Below are positions 31,424 to 40,825 of a stretch of 64,000 nt of DNA, in pieces. The notes under the pieces are model-generated. The model searched no databases, was not told the origin of the DNA, and saw only the letters and a list, made by a program, of their open reading frames with translations. How positions within the stretch are numbered: the stretch's first letter is position 1; the number at the start of each line of letters is the position of its first letter. Source of the DNA: Patescibacteria group bacterium UBA4664 (GTDB lineage Bacteria > Patescibacteriota > Saccharimonadia > CAILAD01 > BJGX01); contig CALRCL010000001.1 of assembly GCA_943354575.1 (NCBI GenBank), positions 2,934 through 66,933 of the forward strand, read 5' to 3'. The position numbers and the translations under genes are program-made.

Positions 31424-32206
31424 TCAGCAAACTTTACAGATGAGTTTGTTCACAATTACCTTGCGTCCTTGAATTATTATCAGATTGTCAGGACCACCGA
31501 TATCTGTTATCTTTCCATTGATTTCCTGTATTGTGTTCCTGATATTTTTTACATGATTTCTAGTAATAATTGAGTCGTTAACTCCTAAGATTTTACTGAA
31601 ACTAATACCTTGCTTTAGTGTATTGACATTTTTGAACAGCATTTCCAAAAGCTGTGGTTGTTTATATTTGTTACCATTTTTTCGTCTGACACTTCCAGCG
31701 TTTGAATAGTCAATTTTTACAAAGGGTGTTAATGTCAGGATACCACTGTTCTTGTTATAGCTATCAGTATCAAGGTGCTCGATAGCAAATGACTCATGCT
31801 CAATGGTACTAGCAGGCTTTACTTTGGGAATTGTTAGCTTATCAATTTTGTGAAGAGTGGTGCTAAATCTATTAAGTGCTAGGATTGTATATGTTTTTTC
31901 AGCAAGTAAATCTTCAATCATGTCGGCAAAGTCAGTTTTGCCCTGTAAGCCCATCTCTTCTATATCATAAAGCTCCAACAATATTTCTTCTGGTACATCT
32001 TCAATACTTTTGTAGACTGGCTCATCCTTGTACTTGATATACCTATAATCGTTTGCTAGAACTTCAAGCAATTCCTTTTGTTCAGACAAGCTAATACCCC
32101 TTGAGTACAGCTCTTTGGAGTCAATGGTCATTGGCTTACCTTGGCTAAAGCCATTGGCAATATCAATATAACTTAGTAGGTCTAGTATTTTTTCATTGTT
32201 TATCAT
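31424..32206 (-). CDS. Hypothetical protein (possible C-terminal winged helix)
   Basis: 260-aa ORF divergent from the HTH-mod-res operon. Confidence 0.7.
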   Translation of the reverse strand: MINNEKILDLLSYIDIANGFSQGKPMTIDSKELYSRGISLSEQKELLEVLANDYRYIKYKDEPVYKSIEDVPEEILLELYDIEEMGLQGKTDFADMIEDLLAEKTYTILALNRFSTTLHKIDKLTIPKVKPASTIEHESFAIEHLDTDSYNKNSGILTLTPFVKIDYSNAGSVRRKNGNKYKQPQLLEMLFKNVNTLKQGISFSKILGVNDSIITRNHVKNIRNTIQEINGKITDIGGPDNLIIIQGRKVIVNKLICKVC

Positions 32207-32252
32207 GGGCTGTTCTTTACCACAGAGCTAGTAACTCGTGTATAGTTATAGT

Positions 32253-32444
32253 ATGACACAATCTGAGGCTAAACGACCAAGACTACTCACGCTCAAACAG
32301 GCGTGCGACATGCTTGGTTGTCATCCAAACACCTTGCGTGCTTGGGACAAAAAAGGCTATTTAGTGGCTGTTCGTATTGGTACAAGGGGTGATAGACGAT
32401 ATTACAAAGACGATGTATTGAAGATAATGGAGAAAAACAAATGA
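32253..32444 (+). CDS. MerR/excisionase-like HTH protein
   Basis: LLTLKQACDMLGCHPNTLRAWDKKG...GDRRY. Confidence 0.85.
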   Translation: MTQSEAKRPRLLTLKQACDMLGCHPNTLRAWDKKGYLVAVRIGTRGDRRYYKDDVLKIMEKNK

Positions 32445-34621
32445 CACTGAGCGATAACGAAAAACGAGACATAATCAAATTTCTAGAGGCTGGAAAACCC
32501 TTACCAGAGAAATATCGTTTTTTGTTGTTTGATGACGCTCGTGAAGTTGAATTGCTATGGAATGGTAAAAACAATGAGGTAACAAATACAGTATTGCCTT
32601 TTCAGGTTATTGAGCAAATTGATGAACCTCGTAGCGACAACAAGATTGGCCTACAATCTAGTTTGTTTGACGATGGTGGTAGACAGATAACAGGTTGGAC
32701 CAATAAACTAATTTGGGGTGATAACAGGCTAATTCTTTCATCTCTTAAGAATGGACCAATGCGTGATGAAATCGAGTCACAGGGTGGTCTCAAATTAGTT
32801 TACATCGACCCACCGTTTGATGTTGGTGCAGATTTCTCGATGGATATAACTATTGGGGATGGCAAAGACGGAGAAAGTTTTGTAAAGAAGCCGTCAGTTA
32901 TTGAAGAGATCGCATATCGCGACACTTGGGGTAAGGGTGCTGACAGTTTCATATCAATGATTTATGAACGAATAATCCTCATCCATGACTTACTAGCAGA
33001 AGATGGAAGTATATTCGTGCATTGTGATTGGAGACTAAGCTCTCACATGCGGTTAGTTCTAGATGAGATATTCGGAAAGCAAAATTTTGTTAATGAAATA
33101 ATTTGGGCATACTACGGTCCAGGAACTGATAAATCAAAAGAGTTCACAAAGAAGCATGACACGATATATTATTATGCGAAAAATAAAGGCTCACATATAT
33201 TCAATGATGGTGCTATACGAGTTGAACATAGTGCAAAAACTAAAGATAACTACAAAAAGGGTCTAGCAGGCTCTGGTTTCGCTGCTGAGAGTATAAATAG
33301 CCGAGAAAAGGAAGCCTACGCTGATGACACAAATCTCAACAAGTTAGGTAAAATACCTGAAGATTGGTGGGAAATGGCAATCGCCGCTAGGTATCCCGTT
33401 GATGGTGTGAAAAGAACTGGCTACCCTACGGAAAAGCCACTGCCATTGCTTGAACGAATAATAAAGGTTGCATCTAACGAGGGCGACCTAGTTGCAGATT
33501 TCTTCGTAGGTTCTGGAACTACTCTTGCTGTTTCTGAAATGTTAGGTAGGAAATGGATTGGAACGGATTTAGGTAGATTTGGTATCCACACATCACGAAA
33601 GAGAATGATTGATGTGCAACGCAAACTTAAAAAAGACGGTAAAGATTTTCGTGCATTTGAAATATTGAATGTTGGTAGGTACGAAAGAGAGAATTATCTT
33701 AATGTTAATGATGACCTGCGTGCAGAAGAAAAGGCTCAGCAAGCTGTAAGAAAAGAAAAAGAGTTTGTGAAGCTAATTATTACAGCGTACAAAGCAGAGC
33801 CTGTTGAGTCGTTTGTGAATATCGTTGGAAAGAAAAGAGATAGGCTAGTTGCAGTCGGTCCAATTAGTACGCCTGTTTCGTCCAAACAAGTAGATGACAT
33901 AGTTGCTGAGTGTAAAGACAAAGGTATTACAAAAGTTGACATACTTGGGTTTGACTACGAAATGGGATTGGATTTTCATGCATACGCCAGCCAGGGTATA
34001 GATGTTGCATTTAGGGTAATACCGAGAGAAGTGTTTGATAAAAAAGCTGTTGAGCGTGGACATGTTAAGTTCTACGATGTTGCATTTATTGACGCTAAGC
34101 CAACCGTAAAAGGTCCGATGAATAAGAAAGAGATTTCGATTGAATTAACCGACTTCTCTGTCTTCTATAATCAAGACGACTCCGGAGAAGTTGCAGAAGC
34201 ACTACGCCCCGGTGGAGCAAAAGTAATTGTAGAAAACGGACAAGTAGTAAAAGTTTCAAAAGATAAAGATAGCGACATTATCTCAAAAGAAATACTCACC
34301 AAGAAGTGGAGTGACTGGATTGATTACTGGGCTGTAGATTTTGACTTTTCAAGCCGTAAAGAAATGATTAGAGTGCCCAAAACTCATGGAGATAATCTGT
34401 TTGGCAAAGGTAATGTCCAAGATTTACTAGAGTATGAAGAAGTTTGGACTGGTGATTATATCTTCGATAACGAATGGCAGAGCTTTAGGACAAAAAAGAA
34501 TAGGGAGCTTGAACTGACCTCAGCGGCAAAAGAAGTTGGCAAAGGTAAATACAAAGTCGCAATCAAGGTTGTAGACATATTTGGTAACGATACTACTAGG
34601 GTCTTTGAGGTAGAGGTTTAA
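32441..34621 (+). CDS. Type III R-M DNA methyltransferase (Mod)
   Basis: NKLIWGDN, YIDPPF, YPTEKP, DFFVGSGTT (beta-class amino-MTase). Confidence 0.9.
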   Translation: MTLSDNEKRDIIKFLEAGKPLPEKYRFLLFDDAREVELLWNGKNNEVTNTVLPFQVIEQIDEPRSDNKIGLQSSLFDDGGRQITGWTNKLIWGDNRLILSSLKNGPMRDEIESQGGLKLVYIDPPFDVGADFSMDITIGDGKDGESFVKKPSVIEEIAYRDTWGKGADSFISMIYERIILIHDLLAEDGSIFVHCDWRLSSHMRLVLDEIFGKQNFVNEIIWAYYGPGTDKSKEFTKKHDTIYYYAKNKGSHIFNDGAIRVEHSAKTKDNYKKGLAGSGFAAESINSREKEAYADDTNLNKLGKIPEDWWEMAIAARYPVDGVKRTGYPTEKPLPLLERIIKVASNEGDLVADFFVGSGTTLAVSEMLGRKWIGTDLGRFGIHTSRKRMIDVQRKLKKDGKDFRAFEILNVGRYERENYLNVNDDLRAEEKAQQAVRKEKEFVKLIITAYKAEPVESFVNIVGKKRDRLVAVGPISTPVSSKQVDDIVAECKDKGITKVDILGFDYEMGLDFHAYASQGIDVAFRVIPREVFDKKAVERGHVKFYDVAFIDAKPTVKGPMNKKEISIELTDFSVFYNQDDSGEVAEALRPGGAKVIVENGQVVKVSKDKDSDIISKEILTKKWSDWIDYWAVDFDFSSRKEMIRVPKTHGDNLFGKGNVQDLLEYEEVWTGDYIFDNEWQSFRTKKNRELELTSAAKEVGKGKYKVAIKVVDIFGNDTTRVFEVEV

Positions 34622-34622
34622 C

Positions 34623-37313
34623 ATGGCTCTACATAAAGACTTTCCTACCGACCCATATGCCATATTAGACCCAAGTATCCGCTGGTTTCCTGCTGATGAA
34701 GACTTACGAGACAAAGGTCACGAGAAGCTACTCCCACCATTGGTCGCCGACTTGCGTAAAAAAGTTAAGGAATGGCGACTGCTCAATTATGAGGGAGCAA
34801 GTGATACATCTATTGCATTGCTCAATTGGTGGTTCAAAGAAGACCATATTCAATACAATCAAGACGGCTCTTCGTACAATTTTAGATACTACTTTGCACA
34901 GCGTGAAGCACTAGAAACAGTTGTCTGGCTTTATGAGGTCGCCAAGGTAAAAGATAAGTACGACCTCATACGCTATAACTCAACTGGCGTATTGAGTGCG
35001 GGAATGTTTACGGAAGAGTGGCTACGCTTTGTTATTAAAATGGCTACTGGTGCTGGTAAGACAAAAGTAATGAGCTTGGTACTTGCATGGGCTTATTTCC
35101 ATAAAAAATATGAGGAAGACTCACAACTCTCTAAGAACTTCCTTTTAATCGCTCCCAATGTGATTGTGTTTGAGCGTATTAAGAATGACTTTGAGGGATT
35201 AAAGATATTCCATGAAGACCCTGTACTTCCTGACAATGGTTATCGTGGGCAGAATTGGCAAGATGACTTCCAGCTCACTTTACACCTGCAAGACAACCTA
35301 CGGAACATCTCTGACACAGGTAATATCTTTCTCACTAACATACATCGTGTATTTGAGTCGGATGTCAAAAACGCCAGTGCTGATGACGAAGACTCATCTA
35401 CCTATTTCTTGGGTAATAAACCTGTAACTAAAACAAACGACTCAACTGTTGACCTAGGAATGATAGTTAGAGATATAGACGAGTTGATTGTCATCAATGA
35501 CGAAGCTCATCATATATGGGATGAAAAACTTGCTTGGGCAAAATCAATTCAAGATATAGATAACCAATTAAAACAAAAAGGTTCAGGGCTATCACTGCAA
35601 CTTGATGTTACGGCTACGCCTAAGAAGCGAGACGGCTCAATCTTCGTACAGACAATTAGCGACTACCCTCTTGTTGAGGCAATACACCAACAGATTGTTA
35701 AAAACCCTGTCGTACCTGACGCCGCAAGTCGTGGCAAGTTGCATGAAAACCAAAGCTCACTGTTTAGCGAGAAGTACAGAGACTTCATTAATCTAGGTAT
35801 TGAAGAGTGGCGTAAAACTTACGAAGAGCTAAAACCTATGGGCAAGAAATCTATCTTGTTCATAATGACTGACGACACCAAAAACTGTGACGAGGTAGCG
35901 GAATATATCAGAACTAGCTTTGCTGATTTGCGAGACAGCGTACTAACTATTCATACCAACAAAAGTGGCGATATATCAGAAAGTGTTTCAGGTAAGAATA
36001 AAGACGAGCTAGATATACTTCGCAAACAAGCTAACGAAATTGATAGTTGGGAAAGCCCATTCAAAGTAATCATATCTGTAATGATGTTGAAAGAGGGTTG
36101 GGATGTTAAAAATGTAACTACTATTGTTGGGCTAAGGCCGTATGCCGCTGACTCAAAAATCTTGCCCGAACAGACACTTGGTCGTGGTCTGCGTAGAATG
36201 TTTTTTGGTCGTGATGATGTAAAAGAATATGTCAGTGTTGTTGGCACGCCTGCCTTTATGGAGTTTGTTGAGTCAATCAAGGGCGAGGGCGTTATCTTAG
36301 AAAAGAAAGCTATGGGTACAGGATCTAAGCCAATAGCACCTATGGTTGTTGAAGTTGACAATGAAAATCCACAAAAAGATATTGAAAAGCTAGATATTGA
36401 AATACCAATTATGACACCAAGAATACAGAGAGAGTACAAGAACCTTTCTGACTTAGATGTATCAAAGTTTGGTAATAAAAAAGTTTCAATCAAAACATTC
36501 ACAGAGCAGGAAAAGCGAGAGATTGTTTTCAAAGATGTTGTTGGCGAAAATGAACATCACACGACTGTACTTAGTGGAGATATAAATCCTGACTATCAGA
36601 GCGTGATAGGCTTCTTCGCACAAGCTATCATGCGTGAACTTCGTCTGTTTGGTTGCTACGACATTCTATTTGGAAAAGTAAGAGAGTTCGTGCACCAGTA
36701 TATGTTTGAGAACGAGGTTGAGCTGTCCGATTTGAACATGCTCCGAAACTTGTCAGAAGTTGAATACATACACCTGATAAAAGACTCGTTCAAAAAAGCA
36801 ATCAACGAGTTAACAGTTCAAGACAGTGGCGATACCGAGATAAAGAACTACATCAAGATAAGTGAGTCACGCCCATTCGTGGTGAATGACAAGGGCTTTG
36901 TTGTACCTAAAAAGTCAGTCTTCAATAAGATTGTTGGTGATAGTGACTTTGAATTAGTATTCGCTGGGTTTATCGAGGGCTGTGAAGATGTTATTTCGTT
37001 TACCAAGAACTTCCAAAACAAAGAAGCTAGTGCCTTGCGTATTGAATATAAAAACTCTGAGGGCTTTATAGCCAACTACTACCCTGACTTCTTTGTAAAA
37101 ACTGATAGCAAAACTGTTTACATAATTGAAACTAAAGGTCGTGAAGAAGAAGACGACAAACTAAAGTTTGAGCGTCTAAAAAAGTGGTGCGATGATGTTA
37201 ATGACCGTCAAAGTAAAATGGTCTACAAAGCTCTATACATAAAGCAAGAAGAGTGGAATAGAGACAGACTAAAGAGCTTTGATGAGGTTGTCCGAGTATT
37301 TGGAGATAAATAA
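34623..37313 (+). CDS. Type III R-M restriction helicase/nuclease (Res)
   Basis: MATGAGKT, DEAHH, TAT, EGWD, QTLGRGLR, C-terminal YYPDF...IIETKG. Confidence 0.9.
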   Translation: MALHKDFPTDPYAILDPSIRWFPADEDLRDKGHEKLLPPLVADLRKKVKEWRLLNYEGASDTSIALLNWWFKEDHIQYNQDGSSYNFRYYFAQREALETVVWLYEVAKVKDKYDLIRYNSTGVLSAGMFTEEWLRFVIKMATGAGKTKVMSLVLAWAYFHKKYEEDSQLSKNFLLIAPNVIVFERIKNDFEGLKIFHEDPVLPDNGYRGQNWQDDFQLTLHLQDNLRNISDTGNIFLTNIHRVFESDVKNASADDEDSSTYFLGNKPVTKTNDSTVDLGMIVRDIDELIVINDEAHHIWDEKLAWAKSIQDIDNQLKQKGSGLSLQLDVTATPKKRDGSIFVQTISDYPLVEAIHQQIVKNPVVPDAASRGKLHENQSSLFSEKYRDFINLGIEEWRKTYEELKPMGKKSILFIMTDDTKNCDEVAEYIRTSFADLRDSVLTIHTNKSGDISESVSGKNKDELDILRKQANEIDSWESPFKVIISVMMLKEGWDVKNVTTIVGLRPYAADSKILPEQTLGRGLRRMFFGRDDVKEYVSVVGTPAFMEFVESIKGEGVILEKKAMGTGSKPIAPMVVEVDNENPQKDIEKLDIEIPIMTPRIQREYKNLSDLDVSKFGNKKVSIKTFTEQEKREIVFKDVVGENEHHTTVLSGDINPDYQSVIGFFAQAIMRELRLFGCYDILFGKVREFVHQYMFENEVELSDLNMLRNLSEVEYIHLIKDSFKKAINELTVQDSGDTEIKNYIKISESRPFVVNDKGFVVPKKSVFNKIVGDSDFELVFAGFIEGCEDVISFTKNFQNKEASALRIEYKNSEGFIANYYPDFFVKTDSKTVYIIETKGREEEDDKLKFERLKKWCDDVNDRQSKMVYKALYIKQEEWNRDRLKSFDEVVRVFGDK

Positions 37314-38797
37314 TGAGTCAGTCTGTTTACTTATCTAAAACAGACTTTCTAAAGTACCAAGTATGCCCAAGTTATCTTTGGCTATGGAAGTATAAGCCTG
37401 AAGTCGTGCCTGCTGACGAAGAAGAATATATCAAGCGTCGCAAAGAGCAAGGTAACGAAGTTGAAAAGTATGCACGACAGCTATTTCCTAATGCCAAACT
37501 AGTAGAAACAAAAGGCAGTGAGGCAAGGCGTGATACTGAAAAATTAGTAGCCGACGGCAACACGACTATATTTCAAGCAACCGTTTTTACTGATAGTGGA
37601 TTATTTGCTATGGCTGATGTTATTACCTATGACAGTGAAAAAAAATCATGGACACTATTTGAAGTTAAAGGTACTAACTCTGTAAAAAAAGAACATATCT
37701 ACGACCTTGCGTTTCAGAAGTCTGCGTTTGAAGAAGCTGGGTATGTGATTGGTAAGACGGGCGTTATATTCCTCAACAAAGAGTACAAGCGTAAACCAAG
37801 CATCGTGGCTTCTGAGTTTTTGACACAAGAAGATACTTCCAACAAAGTCGATGAAATCTTGCCAACAATAAAAGACCAAATAAAGGACGCACTTGCTTCT
37901 ATCACTGATACGCCCGAACCAACATCATGCAGTTGCCGTCTAAGGACAAGGTCTAATCATTGCCCTACATTCAAACTTCTTAACCCCGATATTCCTGAGT
38001 ACTCTGTCTTCAACATCACAAATATGCGAGATAAAAAACTTGCTTCCTTGATTGATAACGAGATATTCAATGTGGCGGATGTGCCTGATGACATAAAGCT
38101 AAGCATTCCACAAAAGAACCAAGTAGAGGCTACGAAGACTGGTAATGTCAAAATAGATAATGCAAGCATTGAGCGTATCTTGAACGAGTTAGTATTTCCG
38201 CTATATTTCCTAGACTATGAAACTGTTTCAACAGCAGTACCACTATATGAGGGGTGCAAGCCGTATCAACAAATCCCTTTCCAGTATTCGCTTGATGTAT
38301 TACGAGAGCGTGGCGGTGAGTTAGAACATTATGAATATCTATCAAGAGACGCTAAGAAATTGCCTGCAAAAGAGCTACTGGCTGGTCTTAGAGAGCTAAT
38401 GGACGATGACGGTAGCGTAATAGTTTGGCACAAGACATTTGAAATGGGACGCAATCGTGAAATGGGCGAAACTTACCCCGAATATGCCAATTTCATGGCA
38501 AGCGTGAATGATAGGATTTTTGACCTGAAAGATATATTCAGTAAGCAGCACTTCATACATCCTGATTTTAGAGGCAGTAACTCCATTAAAGATGTGTTGC
38601 CAGTACTAGTACCTGAACTGTCGTACAAAGAGCTTGGTATTCAAAATGGCATGATTGCCCCAATTCGCTGGTATGACGCTGTTACCGGTGCTGTGAGTGC
38701 CGAAGAAGCACAAGTTATCTTCGATGACCTCATAAAGTACTGCGGACTAGACACATTAGCTATGGTCAAAATATATGAGTATCTAGTAAGGCTATGA
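37313..38797 (+). CDS. DUF2779 domain protein (PD-(D/E)XK-like N-terminus, RNase H-like C-terminus)
   Basis: LSKTDF..CP, ADVI...EVK, DLAFQ, FLDYET...PYQQIPFQYS, SIKDVLP, YCGLDT. Confidence 0.8.
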   Translation: MSQSVYLSKTDFLKYQVCPSYLWLWKYKPEVVPADEEEYIKRRKEQGNEVEKYARQLFPNAKLVETKGSEARRDTEKLVADGNTTIFQATVFTDSGLFAMADVITYDSEKKSWTLFEVKGTNSVKKEHIYDLAFQKSAFEEAGYVIGKTGVIFLNKEYKRKPSIVASEFLTQEDTSNKVDEILPTIKDQIKDALASITDTPEPTSCSCRLRTRSNHCPTFKLLNPDIPEYSVFNITNMRDKKLASLIDNEIFNVADVPDDIKLSIPQKNQVEATKTGNVKIDNASIERILNELVFPLYFLDYETVSTAVPLYEGCKPYQQIPFQYSLDVLRERGGELEHYEYLSRDAKKLPAKELLAGLRELMDDDGSVIVWHKTFEMGRNREMGETYPEYANFMASVNDRIFDLKDIFSKQHFIHPDFRGSNSIKDVLPVLVPELSYKELGIQNGMIAPIRWYDAVTGAVSAEEAQVIFDDLIKYCGLDTLAMVKIYEYLVRL

Positions 38798-38985
38798 ATA
38801 TAACCGACAAAGATATTACTGAGTTCCAGACTTTATACAAAGCACGATTTGGCAAAGATATTGATAGGACCGAGGCGAGAGATAAATTATCAAAGCTGGT
38901 CCGACAAATGGAAATCGTGTATCAACCGATAACTAAAAAACAAGTTAAAGATTTGAAAGAGAAAGACGCAAAAAAACAGTCCTAA
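38794..38985 (+). CDS. Small hypothetical protein
   Basis: 63-aa ORF with ATGA coupling to the DUF2779 gene. Confidence 0.7.
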   Translation: MNITDKDITEFQTLYKARFGKDIDRTEARDKLSKLVRQMEIVYQPITKKQVKDLKEKDAKKQS

Positions 38986-39020
38986 AACGATTAAGCTTAT
39001 CGCTTATGCTACAATATGGG

Positions 39021-39090
39021 TAATGCGTTTATCGCAGGGGGACGACTCGTAAGAGCGTCGCAGAAGGACCCGCAAGGGTCTCTTTTGTTT
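39021..39090 (+). ncRNA. Putative small structured RNA convergent with the DUF3800 gene
   Basis: TGcTACAAT extended -10 at 39007-39015; three hairpins, two with GNRA loops; ends in a T-tract. Confidence 0.6.
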
Positions 39091-39863
39091 TATAGGAACT
39101 TTTTACCGTTGCCCTTTGGTCCAGTTGCACCAGTGTAATATTTCGGTTGAATAGCCTCTATAACTGTCTTTGTAAAGTTATTATCTAGAGTTTCTATTCT
39201 CTCATTTGAGTGCAGAATATCAATCTTTGAATTAAGTGCGATTAAGTCTGCGAACTCAAGTCCATGAATGAGATGATATTTTGTTTTCATCTTAATTTCT
39301 TTTGAGGTTAATCGTGCCTGTACATCCGTTGCGTTAGCGAAGTTCGTACCATTTGCATAAAAGTCCGAATACACTTCCTCTATTTTTCTATCTTCCTTTT
39401 TTCCACGAGCCTCTGCCATGACATCGCCTTTTGCATTGGCATACTTAAGAAACTTGCAATATCTTTCCAGCATACAAGTCAGGCTGTAATGATAGGGATG
39501 TTCGGGCGTTACATATTTATCTTGATGACCGTTCTTATCAATAACAACAGTAATTATTTGATAGTCTACATCTTTAAGTAGCGACAATAACTGCCCATCA
39601 AATTGTTTTCTTATATCTGCTTCTTGTAGCTTTGCAAACCCATTCTTAGAAGCCATTATATCTGTAAGATGAAGAGGTGGCCTAAGGTCATGGTCAGTGT
39701 AAAAATGTGAACGGAGTTGCTCAACTCTCTTTATCACTTCATTATCGTAAACATCTTTATTTATGATAATGCCAGTCAAGCCAAGATATCGTTCGGTTAT
39801 GGCTTCATTCCTTTGGTAGCGGTGATGTCCCGACTCATCAATATATAATCTGTAAACTGACAT
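39090..39863 (-). CDS. DUF3800 domain protein (RNase H-like fold)
   Basis: YRLYIDESG N-terminal motif, GLEFADLIA C-terminal motif. Confidence 0.85.
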   Translation of the reverse strand: MSVYRLYIDESGHHRYQRNEAITERYLGLTGIIINKDVYDNEVIKRVEQLRSHFYTDHDLRPPLHLTDIMASKNGFAKLQEADIRKQFDGQLLSLLKDVDYQIITVVIDKNGHQDKYVTPEHPYHYSLTCMLERYCKFLKYANAKGDVMAEARGKKEDRKIEEVYSDFYANGTNFANATDVQARLTSKEIKMKTKYHLIHGLEFADLIALNSKIDILHSNERIETLDNNFTKTVIEAIQPKYYTGATGPKGNGKKFL

Positions 39864-39867
39864 ACAT

Positions 39868-40251
39868 CTATAATAACTGAAGTGCGTGTAGTTCTTTGTC
39901 AGAATAGTTCTCAAACTGGTCATCTGCACTAACGGTTGTCAGTGTCTTTACGCTAAACTCGTCCTTACGCTTACGCTCTAAGTACCACATACTAGTCTTC
40001 ACATCGCCTCTACGAATAGCATTGCAGACAGTGTGCCTTGCTTGAATAATCATGAATAGCTTTGCACGCTCCATTTTGTCCATAAAATGAACATCATCTT
40101 CAAGTCTCTTATAATATGCAGAGCGAGAAACACCAGATATAGAACACGCTTCTTCTACCGTACAACCAATAGCAAATGCCTGTTCTAATTTACGGACAGT
40201 GTCATGGTCAAAGACTGTAGGTCTTCCTCTTGTTTTTGTAGCAACTTTCAT
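39868..40251 (-). CDS. Phage terminase small subunit-like HTH protein
   Basis: RGRPTVF...KLEQAFAIGCTVEEACSISGVSRSAYY...WYLERKRKDEF. Confidence 0.6.
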   Translation of the reverse strand: MKVATKTRGRPTVFDHDTVRKLEQAFAIGCTVEEACSISGVSRSAYYKRLEDDVHFMDKMERAKLFMIIQARHTVCNAIRRGDVKTSMWYLERKRKDEFSVKTLTTVSADDQFENYSDKELHALQLL

Positions 40252-40305
40252 ATTCCTATTATAGCCCTTTTGTATCTGTTGATGTATAATAATTAGTAAT
40301 AGAGT

Positions 40306-40419
40306 TCAAGCTGTAACCAAGTCAGGTGATAGACTAAACTCTTGTACCAATTCACGCAACGCATAATCGTCAACTAACTCAATAGATTTAGTTAGAAGTA
40401 TGTCAACTGCGTAGCACCA
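40306..40419 (-). other. Detached in-frame 3' end of the integrase gene plus att core
   Basis: Reading from TGGTGC gives WCYAVDILLTKSIELVDDYALRELVQEFSLSPDLVTA*, in the same register as the integrase WC codons. Confidence 0.7.
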
Positions 40420-40430
40420 AAAAAATATAA

Positions 40431-40507
<77 letters not shown>

Positions 40508-40674
40508 TAATAACAGTCCTGCTTGTGCAGGGCTTTTATTATGTTTGAGTGGGCTCGAACACAGGGTTCGGTGTACGAGGAGCGCAGATGTAAATATCAA
40601 GCTTACTTGAATATTTACCGAGCACCGCAGGAAGAAGTCCGCCAGTGGCGGACGCTATACCTCATCACCCACCA
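40508..40674 (+). repeat. tRNA-linked structured repeat, copy 2 (terminator + body + 15-bp copy of tRNA-Val 3' end)
   Basis: CCTCATCACCCACCA at 40660-40674 equals 40493-40507; body matches copy 1. Confidence 0.9.
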
Positions 40675-40706
40675 ATAAAAATACCCCCGCCAGGGGGGTT
40701 TTTATT
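40675..40706 (+). terminator. Terminator hairpin type B after the duplicated tRNA-Val tail
   Basis: ATAAAAATACCCCC-GCCA-GGGGGGTTTTTAT. Confidence 0.8.
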
Positions 40707-40825
40707 GGCAGATGTGTCTCGAACCCAGGATTCGGTCAAAATATTTTACTCGCTTATGCTTATTGATGTATAATTATAGAATGTATTATTATTAATTATA
40801 TGTCGTTAAATAGAAAGATGGTCGA

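Larger units (their letters stand above)
28188..40419. mobile_element. Integrative element/putative phage satellite inserted at the tRNA-Gly 3' end
   Basis: Serine recombinase abutting tRNA-Gly; GCACCAA repeated at 28182-28188 and 40414-40420, just before tRNA-Val; Rep, HTH, R-M cargo; visibly more AT-rich than the flanks. Confidence 0.88.

Noticed and set aside
32441-34621. Phase-variable type III mod (phasevarion)
   Set aside because: No simple-sequence repeat tract seen in or upstream of mod, and the frame is intact
28188-40419. Complete prophage or ICE
   Set aside because: No structural, lysis, TerL, relaxase or T4SS genes recognised
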